Positions 7,923 to 16,095 of a DNA stretch of 32,000 nucleotides are shown here, in pieces. The notes under the pieces were generated by a model, which saw nothing but the letters and a program-made list of their open reading frames with translations, had not been told where the DNA came from and searched no databases. The position numbers were made by a program, and so were the translations under genes. The stretch is from Actinomycetales bacterium (lineage in GTDB: Bacteria; Actinomycetota; Actinomycetes; Actinomycetales; Angustibacteraceae), in contig DASSTJ010000190.1 in the NCBI GenBank assembly GCA_035707965.1, positions 1 to 32,000 on the forward strand, read 5' to 3'. How positions within the stretch are numbered: the stretch's first letter is position 1; the number at the start of each line of letters is the position of its first letter.

Positions 7923-9116
7923 TCACTCAAGCGCAGTAGTCGGGTGGTCGGGCCAGGGGACGGCGTAGGCGTCGTCGTGGCCCTCGCAGACTCGGGCGTA
8001 CCGGAGCAGCTCGCGGAGGATGCCGGCGTTGCCCATGGCCCATCCCGCGCGGGGTTCGAGGCTGCTCGGCGTCGCACGGTGCTCGTAGTTCGACCAGCGC
8101 ACGCCGGCGCCGTCGATGGTGGCGTGGGCCGCGAGGTCTTGAACGAGCACGTCCGCGAACTCGACGTCGTCACCGCGCTCGACGATGCGGTCGCAGGCGA
8201 GAGCGAGGACGCCGGCCGTGCCGCAGCAGCGCCCGTTGTTGTCCCAGAACCCTGGTCGAAGCCGCCGTGGTAGCCCGGAGTCGCGGACCGTCGTCCAGCA
8301 GCGGTCTCCCAGCGTCGTCCAGGTGTCGTCCCCGGTGACCCGAGCGAGCAGCCGGAAGGCCTGAGCGTCACCGGCTGGTCCGTTGCACCAGCCGTAGCTG
8401 TACCGGTCGATCAGGTCCGGTCGGTGCGGGGGGTCCGAGTGCGGGACCAGGAAGCCCTCGGGCCCGGCCTCGTTGCGGCTCACCACGTCGGCGGCACCGG
8501 CCAGTGCCAGCTCGAGCAGGTCTCCTCGGCCCGCCGCGTGGCCCACGGCTGCCAGGGCGTAGACGATGCCCAGCGTCCCGTGCGCCAGGTGGTGCGAGCG
8601 GGCCGGCGAAGGCCGGACCGACCAGTTGACGCCGGCTGCGGTCGCGTCAGCGGTGGTGAGGTACGGCGTGACCGCCATGACGGCCAGGTCGAGGTCCCCG
8701 GCGTGCATCGCGCCGAGGGCGATGCCGGCGTTGCCCATGAACAGCTCGAACATGGGGTTCCATCGCTGGCCGTCGAAGCGGTGCCGCACGTGGTCGAGTG
8801 CGCGGGCCGCCGCGCCGGCTCGGCCCAGCGCGTGCAAGGTGAAGGCCGTGCCGGCGAGGCCGAAGTAGAGCGAGCAGCTCTCAGTGTCCTCGACCCGGGC
8901 AACGAGCTGGTCCGCGCCGCGTTCGACGGCATCGCGACAGCGGTCGTCGGCGAAGTGCTCGTGAGCCTCCCGCAGCGCGAGGACCACGCCGGCGAGCCCG
9001 TGGTAGAGCGAGCTGTCCTCGGCGGACTCGGTCTCGCGGTTCATGAGCCAGTCGGCCGCGCCGCGAGCGAGCTGCGCAGCGAGCTGTCCGGAGACGAGCC
9101 GATCCGGGTGACCCAC
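7923..9116 (-). CDS. Stand-alone LanC-like (lanthionine synthetase C family) protein
   Basis: Seven Gly-rich alpha/alpha-toroid repeats: YHGLAGV, YFGLAGT, FMGNAGIALG, LAHGTLGIVYAL, GWCNGPAGDA, RCCGTAGVLAL, WAMGNAGILREL. GTG 9116 (in frame, 397 aa) is preferred. ATG 9044 is an alternative. The 691-aa version in the ORF track runs antisense through the methyltransferase gene. Confidence 0.8.
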   Translation of the reverse strand: MGHPDRLVSGQLAAQLARGAADWLMNRETESAEDSSLYHGLAGVVLALREAHEHFADDRCRDAVERGADQLVARVEDTESCSLYFGLAGTAFTLHALGRAGAAARALDHVRHRFDGQRWNPMFELFMGNAGIALGAMHAGDLDLAVMAVTPYLTTADATAAGVNWSVRPSPARSHHLAHGTLGIVYALAAVGHAAGRGDLLELALAGAADVVSRNEAGPEGFLVPHSDPPHRPDLIDRYSYGWCNGPAGDAQAFRLLARVTGDDTWTTLGDRCWTTVRDSGLPRRLRPGFWDNNGRCCGTAGVLALACDRIVERGDDVEFADVLVQDLAAHATIDGAGVRWSNYEHRATPSSLEPRAGWAMGNAGILRELLRYARVCEGHDDAYAVPWPDHPTTALE

Positions 9117-9167
9117 GGCCTCGAGGCTAACCCCCGTCCGGCAACGGCGTCGGCCTAGAGTCCGTCC

Positions 9168-9878
9168 ATGAGCGACTGGACCATCGGGAACGACCGTGCC
9201 GAGCTCGAGCGGCAGTACGGGACCCAGACCAGGCTCCGGACGCGCGCCGGCTTCTGGGCGCCGAGCCCTCCCGGAGAGTCGCCGCAGGACATCGCGCTCG
9301 AAGCGCTGAGAACGAGTGGAGCGCGCGAGGTGCTCGAGATCGGCTGCGGTCGCGGTCTGTTCGCGCAGCGCCTGCAGACGGAGCTCGGCGTGCGGGTGCT
9401 GGCCACCGACCGGTCCGTCGCGATGGTCCAGGCGACGGCGGGGCGCGGCGTCAGTGCAGAGGTCGCCGACGCGGACCACCTGCCCTACCCGGCCGACAGC
9501 TTCGACGCCGTGGTGGCGATGTGGATGCTCTACCACGTGCCGGATCTCGACCGGACGCTCGCGGAGGTGCGTCGTGTCCTCAGGCCCGGGGGCGTGCTGG
9601 TTGCTGTCACGAACGGCCGGCGGCACACCGCGGACCTTCGAGCCGAGGCCGGGCTCGGGCCGGCCGTCACCTCGTTCATGGCGGAGGACGGCGCGGACCA
9701 CCTGTCCCGCCACTTCGACGAGGTCACGACGACGCCGACCTCGGGCAGGGCGGTCGCCGACCACGCGACGGCGCAGGCCTACCTGTCGACCTTCGCGCCC
9801 CAGGCGGCGGAACGCCTCGCCCCGTTCGAGGGCACGCGCACCTACACCGGCAGCGGTGCCGTGCTCGTCGCCCGATGA
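9168..9878 (+). CDS. Class I SAM-dependent methyltransferase
   Basis: Motif I VLEIGCGRGLF, then acidic-loop and post-I-like segments (VLATDRS, ADHLPYPADSFDAVVA, LRPGGVLV). Divergent from the LanC-like gene with about 51 bp between the start codons. Confidence 0.85.
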   Translation: MSDWTIGNDRAELERQYGTQTRLRTRAGFWAPSPPGESPQDIALEALRTSGAREVLEIGCGRGLFAQRLQTELGVRVLATDRSVAMVQATAGRGVSAEVADADHLPYPADSFDAVVAMWMLYHVPDLDRTLAEVRRVLRPGGVLVAVTNGRRHTADLRAEAGLGPAVTSFMAEDGADHLSRHFDEVTTTPTSGRAVADHATAQAYLSTFAPQAAERLAPFEGTRTYTGSGAVLVAR

Positions 9879-9913
9879 GCGCACGGCCCGGGAGCACGAC
9901 GCGAGGAGGTCGC

Positions 9914-10747
9914 ATGTCGACGCAGCGGGGCGCCGCCCTCCGGGGGGTTCAGGTCGTCTGCTTGGCGACGAACCTTCCCGGACCCGTCGCGGCCGCACGG
10001 CTCGTGGCGCTCGGGGCGTCGGTCGTCAAGGTCGAGCCGCCCACCGGCGACCCGCTCGGGCTGGCGGTGCCGGACTGGTACCGCGAGCTCGTCGCCGGCC
10101 AAGAGGTGCTCACCCTCGACCTGAAGGACGCAGCGGGCCGCGCCACGCTCGAGACGCGGCTGGAGACGGCGGACGTGCTGCTGACCGCCATGCGTCCGTC
10201 CGCGGCGAGCAGGCTCGGCCTCGGTGAGAGCGTCGCCCACCACGGCCTCGTGCTGGTCGAGATCGTCGGCTACGACGGCGACCGCGCCGAGGAGGCCGGG
10301 CACGACCTCACGTACCAGGCGGCTCAGGGCACGATCGTGCCTCCGGTGATGCCGCTGGTGCCGGTCGTCGACCTGCTGGGCGCGGAGCGCGCGGTGACCG
10401 CGGTGCTGGTCGGGCTGCGCCGACGTGACGCCGGCGAGTCGGCCCCGCACGTGCGCGTCGTCCTGGACGACGCCGCCACCGGCGCCTCCGCGGCGCTGCG
10501 TCACGGGCTCACGGGTCCGGGCGGGGCGCTCGGCGGAGCGCTACCTGGCTACGGCATCTACGCCACCGCCGACGGCCACGTAGCGGTCGCCGCGCTCGAG
10601 CCGCACTTCGCGCAGCGACTGGCCGGCGCCGTGGGGAGCACGCGCGAAGAGCTGACCGCGCGGTTCGCGAGCGAGCCGAGCGCCCACTGGGAGGCGCTGG
10701 CGCGCTCGCTCGACATCCCGATCGTCGCGCTGCGCCCGCCCGGGTGA
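9914..10747 (+). CDS. Family III CoA-transferase / alpha-methylacyl-CoA racemase-like protein (short form, 277 aa)
   Basis: LRGVQVVCLATNLPGPVAAARLVALGASVVKVEPP, AGHDLTYQAAQG and PGYGIYATADGHVAVAALEPHFAQRL parallel the CaiB/BaiF/AMACR motifs (GHDINY..., YRTADG...GAIEPQF). GAGGAGG RBS lies before ATG 9914. Confidence 0.8.
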   Translation: MSTQRGAALRGVQVVCLATNLPGPVAAARLVALGASVVKVEPPTGDPLGLAVPDWYRELVAGQEVLTLDLKDAAGRATLETRLETADVLLTAMRPSAASRLGLGESVAHHGLVLVEIVGYDGDRAEEAGHDLTYQAAQGTIVPPVMPLVPVVDLLGAERAVTAVLVGLRRRDAGESAPHVRVVLDDAATGASAALRHGLTGPGGALGGALPGYGIYATADGHVAVAALEPHFAQRLAGAVGSTREELTARFASEPSAHWEALARSLDIPIVALRPPG

Positions 10748-10837
10748 TCCTCGGGCAGCGCCGCGCTGAGCGCCCGGAGCGGAATGCCCTGCGGCTCCCG
10801 CACCGTTGAACGACCACGACACCAGTGAGGAGCGAGC

Positions 10838-11476
10838 ATGGCCAGGATCGTCGTCATCGGGGGCACCGGTTACACCGGTGGGAACATCGTCGCTGAGGCC
10901 GCCGCGCGTGGGCACGACGTCGTGTCGGTCAGCCGGACGGCGCCGAAGCAGGCGGTCCCCGGCGTGCGGTACGAGCTTGGCGACGTCGAGCGGGTGGCCG
11001 CCACGGCCGTCGCGGACGCCGACGTCGTGGTGGCGGCGTTGTCGCCGCGGGGGCCGATGGCGGGACGACTCGTCGACACGTACTCGAAGCTCGCTCGGCT
11101 CGCCGCGGACAACGGTGCCCGTTACCTGCAGGTCGGCGGGTTCAGCTCCCTGCGCCCGGCCCCTGGCGCGCCGCGTTTCGTCGAGGGCGACGTGCCGGAG
11201 GAGTTCCGCGAGGAGGCCCGTGAGGGCGAGGCGACCCGCGCCATGCTCGCCGACACGGCACCCGAGGGCCTGGACTGGCTGTTCCTCAGCCCGGCAGGGG
11301 CGTACGGGTCGTTCGCGCCCGGTGAGCGCACGGGCACGTACCGCGTGGGCGGCGAGATCGCCCTCTTCGACGCCGAGGGTTCCTCTGCCCTGTCCGGGGC
11401 CGACTTCGCCATCGCGGTCGTCGACGAGATCGAGGCACCCGCTCACCACCGGGAGCACATCGGGATCGCCTACTGA
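10838..11476 (+). CDS. NAD(P)H-binding protein, NmrA / atypical SDR-like
   Basis: MARIVVIGGTGYTGGNIVAEAAARGHDVVSVSR is a Rossmann GxxGxxG N-terminus. Size and C-terminal pattern are typical of NAD(P)H-binding (BVR-B/NmrA-like) proteins. GAGGAG RBS. Confidence 0.75.
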   Translation: MARIVVIGGTGYTGGNIVAEAAARGHDVVSVSRTAPKQAVPGVRYELGDVERVAATAVADADVVVAALSPRGPMAGRLVDTYSKLARLAADNGARYLQVGGFSSLRPAPGAPRFVEGDVPEEFREEAREGEATRAMLADTAPEGLDWLFLSPAGAYGSFAPGERTGTYRVGGEIALFDAEGSSALSGADFAIAVVDEIEAPAHHREHIGIAY

Positions 11477-11541
11477 GGGCGTTCACGGGCGCCGTCGGCA
11501 GCTCGCTGCGGTCGCAGGCAAAGCCCTCAGAGGGTTGACGG

Positions 11542-12546
11542 CTACGAGCCGACGGCGGCGCGGATCGTCTCGCGCAGCGAGCTCATGGTCGCGAGGACGG
11601 CGGTCGGCTCGTAGCCGCAGTGCGCCATGCAGTTGGCGCAGCGGTCGTCCTTGCCGCGCCCGTACGCGTCCCAGTCGGTGTCGTCGATGAGCTCCGCATA
11701 GGTCTTCACGTACCCGTCCGCCATGAGGTAGCACGGGCGCTGCCACCCCTTGAGCGAGTACGACGGGATGGCCCACGCCGTGCAGCTGAAGTCGACCTTG
11801 CCCTCGAGGAAGTCGAGGAAGAGGGGCGAGTGGTTGAGGCGCCACTTCTTCCGGCGTCCGTCGCCGAAGGCCTTCCGGAAGAGCTCGCGCGTCTGGTCGA
11901 CACCCAGCCAGTGCTCCTGGTCCGGCGCGTGCTCGTAGGCATAGGCCGGCGAGATCTGCATGTTGTCGACCTCGAGCTCGTCGTTGAGGAAGTCCAGGAC
12001 GTCGATGACGTCCTGGGGCGTGTCGGTGTCGAAGAACGTCGTGTTCGTCATGACCCGGAACCCCGCCGCTCTCGCTTGACGGATCGCAGCGACCGCCTGG
12101 TCGAAGACGCCGTCCTTGCAGACCGAGGCGTCGTGCCGCTCGCGCAGCCCGTCGATGTGCACCATCCACGCGAAGTTGCGGTGCGGTGCGAACCGATGGA
12201 GGTGCCTCGGGAGCAGCAGTGCGTTGGTGCAGAGAAAGACGATCTTGTGTCGCTTCAGCAGCTGGCGCACGATCTCGTCGACCTGCTTGTGCATCAAGGG
12301 CTCGCCGCCGGCGATGGACACCATCGGAGCGCCGCACTCCTCGATCGCGCCGACGGCCTGCTCGACCGACATGCGTTGCCGCAGCACGTCGGCGGGGTGC
12401 TGGATCTTGCCGCAGCCGGCGCAGTGGAGGTTGCACGCGAACAGCGGCTCCAGCTCGACCAGCAGGGGGAACTTCTCGCGACGCAGCACCTTCTGCTTGA
12501 GCAGGTAGGTGCCGAGACGCACGGACTGGTGCAGCGGCATGGACAC
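11542..12546 (-). CDS. hpnH: Adenosyl-hopene transferase (radical SAM)
   Basis: ELEPLFACNLHCAGCGK (CxxxCxxC radical-SAM cluster), SIAGGEPL, and C-terminal CANCMAHCGYEP are typical of HpnH. It sits in the hopanoid operon. GTG 12546 is preceded by GGGAGG. ATG 12540 is an alternative. Confidence 0.9.
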   Translation of the reverse strand: MSMPLHQSVRLGTYLLKQKVLRREKFPLLVELEPLFACNLHCAGCGKIQHPADVLRQRMSVEQAVGAIEECGAPMVSIAGGEPLMHKQVDEIVRQLLKRHKIVFLCTNALLLPRHLHRFAPHRNFAWMVHIDGLRERHDASVCKDGVFDQAVAAIRQARAAGFRVMTNTTFFDTDTPQDVIDVLDFLNDELEVDNMQISPAYAYEHAPDQEHWLGVDQTRELFRKAFGDGRRKKWRLNHSPLFLDFLEGKVDFSCTAWAIPSYSLKGWQRPCYLMADGYVKTYAELIDDTDWDAYGRGKDDRCANCMAHCGYEPTAVLATMSSLRETIRAAVGS

Positions 12547-12548
12547 TG

Positions 12549-14108
12549 TCAGCTCACCTCCCGGGGCAGCGTGAATCGCACGTCCTCGTCGACGACCTGG
12601 GTCTCGCGCACCCGCACCGGCCCGAGACCGGACAGGCAGCGCACGAGGTCGTCGACGAGACGTGAGGGTGCGGAGGCACCGGCGGTGATGCCGACGCGGC
12701 GTGCACCGGCGAGCCAGCGCAGGTCGACATCCGAGGCGTCGTCGACGAGGTAGGACGGGGCGCCCTCGGCCTCGGCGACCTCGGCGAGCCGGTGCGAGTT
12801 GGAGGAGTTCTGCGACCCCAGGACCAGGACCAGGTCGCTCTCGCGCGCGATTGCGCGAACGGCCAGCTGCCGATTCGTGGTCGCGTAGCAGATGTCGTCC
12901 TTGCGTGGAGCCGACAGCGCGGGAAACCGTTGCCGCAGAACGGCTGCCGTCTGCTCTGCCTCGTCCACCGCCAGGGTTGTCTGCATCACGTAGGACACGT
13001 GCTCGGGGTCACGGACGTCGACCCGGCTGGCGGCGTCGGGATCCGCGACCACGACCACGTTGCTCGGTGCCTCACCTCGGGTACCCACGACCTCCTCGTG
13101 CTCCTCGTGGCCGATGAGGAAGACGGTGCTGTCCCGCGACGCGAACCGCCGTACCTCGTGGTGCACCTTGGCGACGAGAGGGCAGGTGGCGTCGACGACC
13201 TGGAGGCGGCGTTCCACGGCCTGCTGCCGTACCGACGGCGCGACGCCGTGCGCGGCCAGCACGGCGACGCTGCCGTAGGGCACCTCGTCGAGCTCGGTGA
13301 CGAAGACGGCTCCTCTGCGCTCCAGCTCTGAGACCACGTGGCGGTTGTGGACGATCTGGCGGCGCACGTACACCGGTGCACCGTGCCGCTCGAGGGCGCG
13401 CTCGACGATCTCGATGGCCCGCTCGACTCCTGCGCAGAACGACCGCGGCGCGGCGAGAAGGACCTCGCGCTCGCCGGTCGCGGCCGCCCACGCCTCGAGC
13501 GCCGGTGCGGCGGAGCGGAGGGAGCGCAGGGCGCCGACGCCGCGCCAGGCGGTGCCCGGCCGCAGCAGCGGCAGGCTCGGGGTGTCGACGACGGCGCGGA
13601 CGGCGACGGTCTGGCCGGAGGGGGCGCGCGCAGTCAGGAACGCCGACTCGGTGTCGACCGCAAGGGCTTGCTCTGCGAGGCGTTCGCGCAGCTCACGTCG
13701 TTCGTGGTGAGCACGGACCACGTGGTCGCTGGAGTAGACCGGCCCGACGTGCACGGACAGTCCCAGGCGCCGCAGCGCCCCGGCGACGAGGGGTGCGGCG
13801 TAGGAGGGGTAGCGGGCACCGCGCGTCCGCACCTCGTCGGAGACCACGAGGTCGCCGGGTCGGAGGTCGTCGCTCAGCGCGCCGGCCACCCCGGCGACGA
13901 GCAGCGGGCGGTGGACGACCGGGTGCTCGTCGTCGTCGAGGTTGCCGCCCGGGGACGTGGTGATCGCCGGTCGGGAGAAAGCCAGGTGCGGTGGCACGTG
14001 TCCGGTCGGGCCCGGGCCCGTCCGCACGTGCGCGGCGCGCAGCCTCCCCCGCAGCGCCAGGCCCTCGGCGAGCAGCGGCGTGCAGATCAGCCCCAGCGGT
14101 TCAGCCAT
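12549..14108 (-). CDS. hpnG-ispH: Fusion of a hopanoid-associated phosphorylase (HpnG-like, PNP/UDP family) with 4-hydroxy-3-methylbut-2-enyl diphosphate reductase (IspH/LytB)
   Basis: The N-part, about 200 aa (LLVAGVAGALSDDLRPGDLVVSDEV...ALAVDTESAFL), is nucleoside-phosphorylase/HpnG-like. From EVLLAAPRSFCAGVERAIEIVERAL...VYVRRQIVHN...DATCPLVAKVH...VMQTTL...ICYATTNRQ...VLGSQNSSNSHRL it is canonical IspH with its three Cys. There is no stop and no in-frame ATG/GTG/TTG in the roughly 35 codons I read just upstream of the IspH domain. ATG 14108 overlaps the shc stop by 8 nt. Confidence 0.8.
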   Translation of the reverse strand: MAEPLGLICTPLLAEGLALRGRLRAAHVRTGPGPTGHVPPHLAFSRPAITTSPGGNLDDDEHPVVHRPLLVAGVAGALSDDLRPGDLVVSDEVRTRGARYPSYAAPLVAGALRRLGLSVHVGPVYSSDHVVRAHHERRELRERLAEQALAVDTESAFLTARAPSGQTVAVRAVVDTPSLPLLRPGTAWRGVGALRSLRSAAPALEAWAAATGEREVLLAAPRSFCAGVERAIEIVERALERHGAPVYVRRQIVHNRHVVSELERRGAVFVTELDEVPYGSVAVLAAHGVAPSVRQQAVERRLQVVDATCPLVAKVHHEVRRFASRDSTVFLIGHEEHEEVVGTRGEAPSNVVVVADPDAASRVDVRDPEHVSYVMQTTLAVDEAEQTAAVLRQRFPALSAPRKDDICYATTNRQLAVRAIARESDLVLVLGSQNSSNSHRLAEVAEAEGAPSYLVDDASDVDLRWLAGARRVGITAGASAPSRLVDDLVRCLSGLGPVRVRETQVVDEDVRFTLPREVS

Positions 14109-16095
14109 CTCGCACCGCCCGCGGACTCCGAGCCGTCAGGTAGCGCCCCAACGCCCACGTCGGGAACACGAGCCGGTAGAGGTGGTAGTTGATGTAGAAG
14201 TCACCGGGGAAGCCCGTCCCGGTGAACAGGTCCTCCGACCAGGTGCCGGTGTCGAGCTGCGCCTGCACCAGCCAGCCGATGCCGCGACGCACCGCGTCGG
14301 ACTCCCCGGCCGGACCCGCCTGCCCTGCCGCGAGCAGCGCGAGCAGCGCCCACGCGGTCTGCGAGGCGGTCGACTCGCCGCGGCCCGCCCACTCCAGGTC
14401 GCGGTAGGAGCGGAGGTCCTCCCCCCAGCCGCCGTCCGCGTTCTGGTGGTCCTCGAGCCACCAGACGGCCCGTCGCACCGCCTGCGAGCCCGTCGACACA
14501 CCGGCGTCGACGAGGGCGGGCACGACCGCGCCGGTCCCGTAGACGTAGTTCGCTCCCCACCGTCCGAACCACGACCCGTCCGTCTCCTGGTGCTCGAGCA
14601 GCCACTGAACACCTCGTCTGCACCGCTCGTCGTCTCGGCGGCCGACCGCGCACAGCATCTCGACGACGTGGGCGGTCACGTCGGCGGACGGCGGGTCGAT
14701 GACGGCGCCGAAGTCGCAGAACGGCAGGCGGGTCGTCAGCGTGCGCGTGTTGTCGGCGTCGAAGGCGCCCCAGCCGCCGTCCCGAGACTGCATGCCTGCG
14801 GTCCACGTGACGCCGCGGTGCAGGGCGGTCTGCAACCGGGCCGGGTCAGGGTGCTCGACGCGCTGGAGGGCCAGAACGATCTCCGCCGTGTCGTCGGTGT
14901 CGGGGTAGCCGTCGTTGGCGAACTCGAAGGCCCAGCCGCCCGGCGGCACACCCGGCCGCCGCACCTGCCAGTCACCGCCGACCTCGATCTGCTCGTCCAG
15001 CAGCCAGTCGGCCGCACGCACCACGTCGGGGTCGTCTGGCGCCACGCCGGCGTCGAGCAGGGCGGTGAGCGCGAGAGCGGTGTCCCAGACCGGGGACTGG
15101 CATGCCTCCAACCGGCGGACGATGCCGTCCGGCGTCTGCTCGTTCACCACGAACCCCTCGAGGCCGTCGATGCCGGCGCGGACGGCCGGATGGTCGAGCG
15201 GGTAGCCCATGAGGTGCAGCGCGAGCAGCGAGTACACCCAGGGTGGCTGGATACCGCCCCAGCCGCCGTCCGCCTCCTGCCGCGCGAGCACCCACTCGGT
15301 CGCACGGCGCATCGCCAAGCGGCGCAACGGCTTCAGCGGGTGGTGCCCGTAGCGGTGCAGCACGCGGTCGAGCATGCCGAAGGCGCCTTCGACGGTCCAT
15401 GACCCGCCGGTGGCCGCGTCCGCGGTGCCGGCCGGACGGCGTCCCGGCGGCGGACCGTGCAACGGATCGATCGCGAACGGCAGCGGTCGCACGGGCCGAA
15501 GCGCACGCACCACGGTGAGCGGGACGATCGTCTGGCGGGCCCAGCAGCCCCAGTCGTAGACGTTCAACGGCACCCAGGGGGGGAGGAAGATCATCTCCGG
15601 TGGGAGCTCCGGCAGGTCGTCCCAGGGCCAGAGCCCGAAGAGCGCCAACCAGATCCGGGTGAAGACCCTGCTCCGCTCGACACCGCCGGCAGACCGGACG
15701 AAGTCGGCAGCACGTAGAAGGTGGGGAGCGTCCTCTCGGTCACCGGCGAGGCGCAGCGCCACCCAGGCCTCGACCGTCGTGGACAGGTCGCCCGGGCCGC
15801 CGTAGAACGTCGCCCACGTGCCGTCGTCCCGCTGCTGCGAACGGATCCACCGTGCCGCTGCCTCGGTCGTGTCCGGCTGCGAGATGCCCAGGAAGGCCCG
15901 CAGCAGAAGGTCTTCGGCGTCCATCGTGACGTTCGTCGCCAGCTCGCCCTTCCACCAGCCGCCCTCGTGCTGCAGCGAGCGCAGGTGCGCGGTGGCGGCG
16001 TCGACGCTGCGGCGGACGTCTTCGAGGCTGGGCCGGACGGCGGTGTCCGCGCGTGGGCTGACGGTCGTGCCGTGGGTGCGCGTTCTGGTGGTCAT
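14101..16095 (-). CDS. shc: Squalene-hopene cyclase
   Basis: 664 aa with repeated QW-type motifs (GGWWKGE, DGGWGGIQ, GGWAFEF, DGGWGAF, DGSWFGRWG, DGGWGEDL) and the catalytic DxDD motif (GYPDTDDTAEIVLAL). ATG 16095 forms an ATGA overlap with the upstream stop. Confidence 0.95.
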   Translation of the reverse strand: MTTRTRTHGTTVSPRADTAVRPSLEDVRRSVDAATAHLRSLQHEGGWWKGELATNVTMDAEDLLLRAFLGISQPDTTEAAARWIRSQQRDDGTWATFYGGPGDLSTTVEAWVALRLAGDREDAPHLLRAADFVRSAGGVERSRVFTRIWLALFGLWPWDDLPELPPEMIFLPPWVPLNVYDWGCWARQTIVPLTVVRALRPVRPLPFAIDPLHGPPPGRRPAGTADAATGGSWTVEGAFGMLDRVLHRYGHHPLKPLRRLAMRRATEWVLARQEADGGWGGIQPPWVYSLLALHLMGYPLDHPAVRAGIDGLEGFVVNEQTPDGIVRRLEACQSPVWDTALALTALLDAGVAPDDPDVVRAADWLLDEQIEVGGDWQVRRPGVPPGGWAFEFANDGYPDTDDTAEIVLALQRVEHPDPARLQTALHRGVTWTAGMQSRDGGWGAFDADNTRTLTTRLPFCDFGAVIDPPSADVTAHVVEMLCAVGRRDDERCRRGVQWLLEHQETDGSWFGRWGANYVYGTGAVVPALVDAGVSTGSQAVRRAVWWLEDHQNADGGWGEDLRSYRDLEWAGRGESTASQTAWALLALLAAGQAGPAGESDAVRRGIGWLVQAQLDTGTWSEDLFTGTGFPGDFYINYHLYRLVFPTWALGRYLTARSPRAVRDG

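Noticed and set aside
9117-9998. N-terminal extension of the LanC-like ORF (691-aa version)
   Set aside because: It runs antisense through the well-supported methyltransferase gene and has no LanC or dehydratase/kinase motifs. An internal GTG at 9116 gives a normal LanC length of about 400 aa.
7923-11476. Lanthipeptide biosynthetic gene cluster
   Set aside because: Only a cyclase-like LanC domain is present. I could recognise no LanB/LanM/LanKC/LanL dehydration machinery, precursor peptide, protease or transporter.
11477-11541. Terminator between the NmrA-like gene and hpnH (CTGCG-gt-CGCAG, CCCTC-a-GAGGG)
   Set aside because: The palindromes have loops of 1-2 nt and 5-bp stems. They are sterically implausible as hairpins, so they are not annotated.
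15577-15583. G7 homopolymer (C7 on the coding strand) inside shc, and a G7 run at 26214-26220, as possible phase-variation tracts
   Set aside because: The shc frame is intact through the run (it encodes PPW in a conserved context). Runs of 7 G/C are short for slipped-strand switching and are expected at this GC content.
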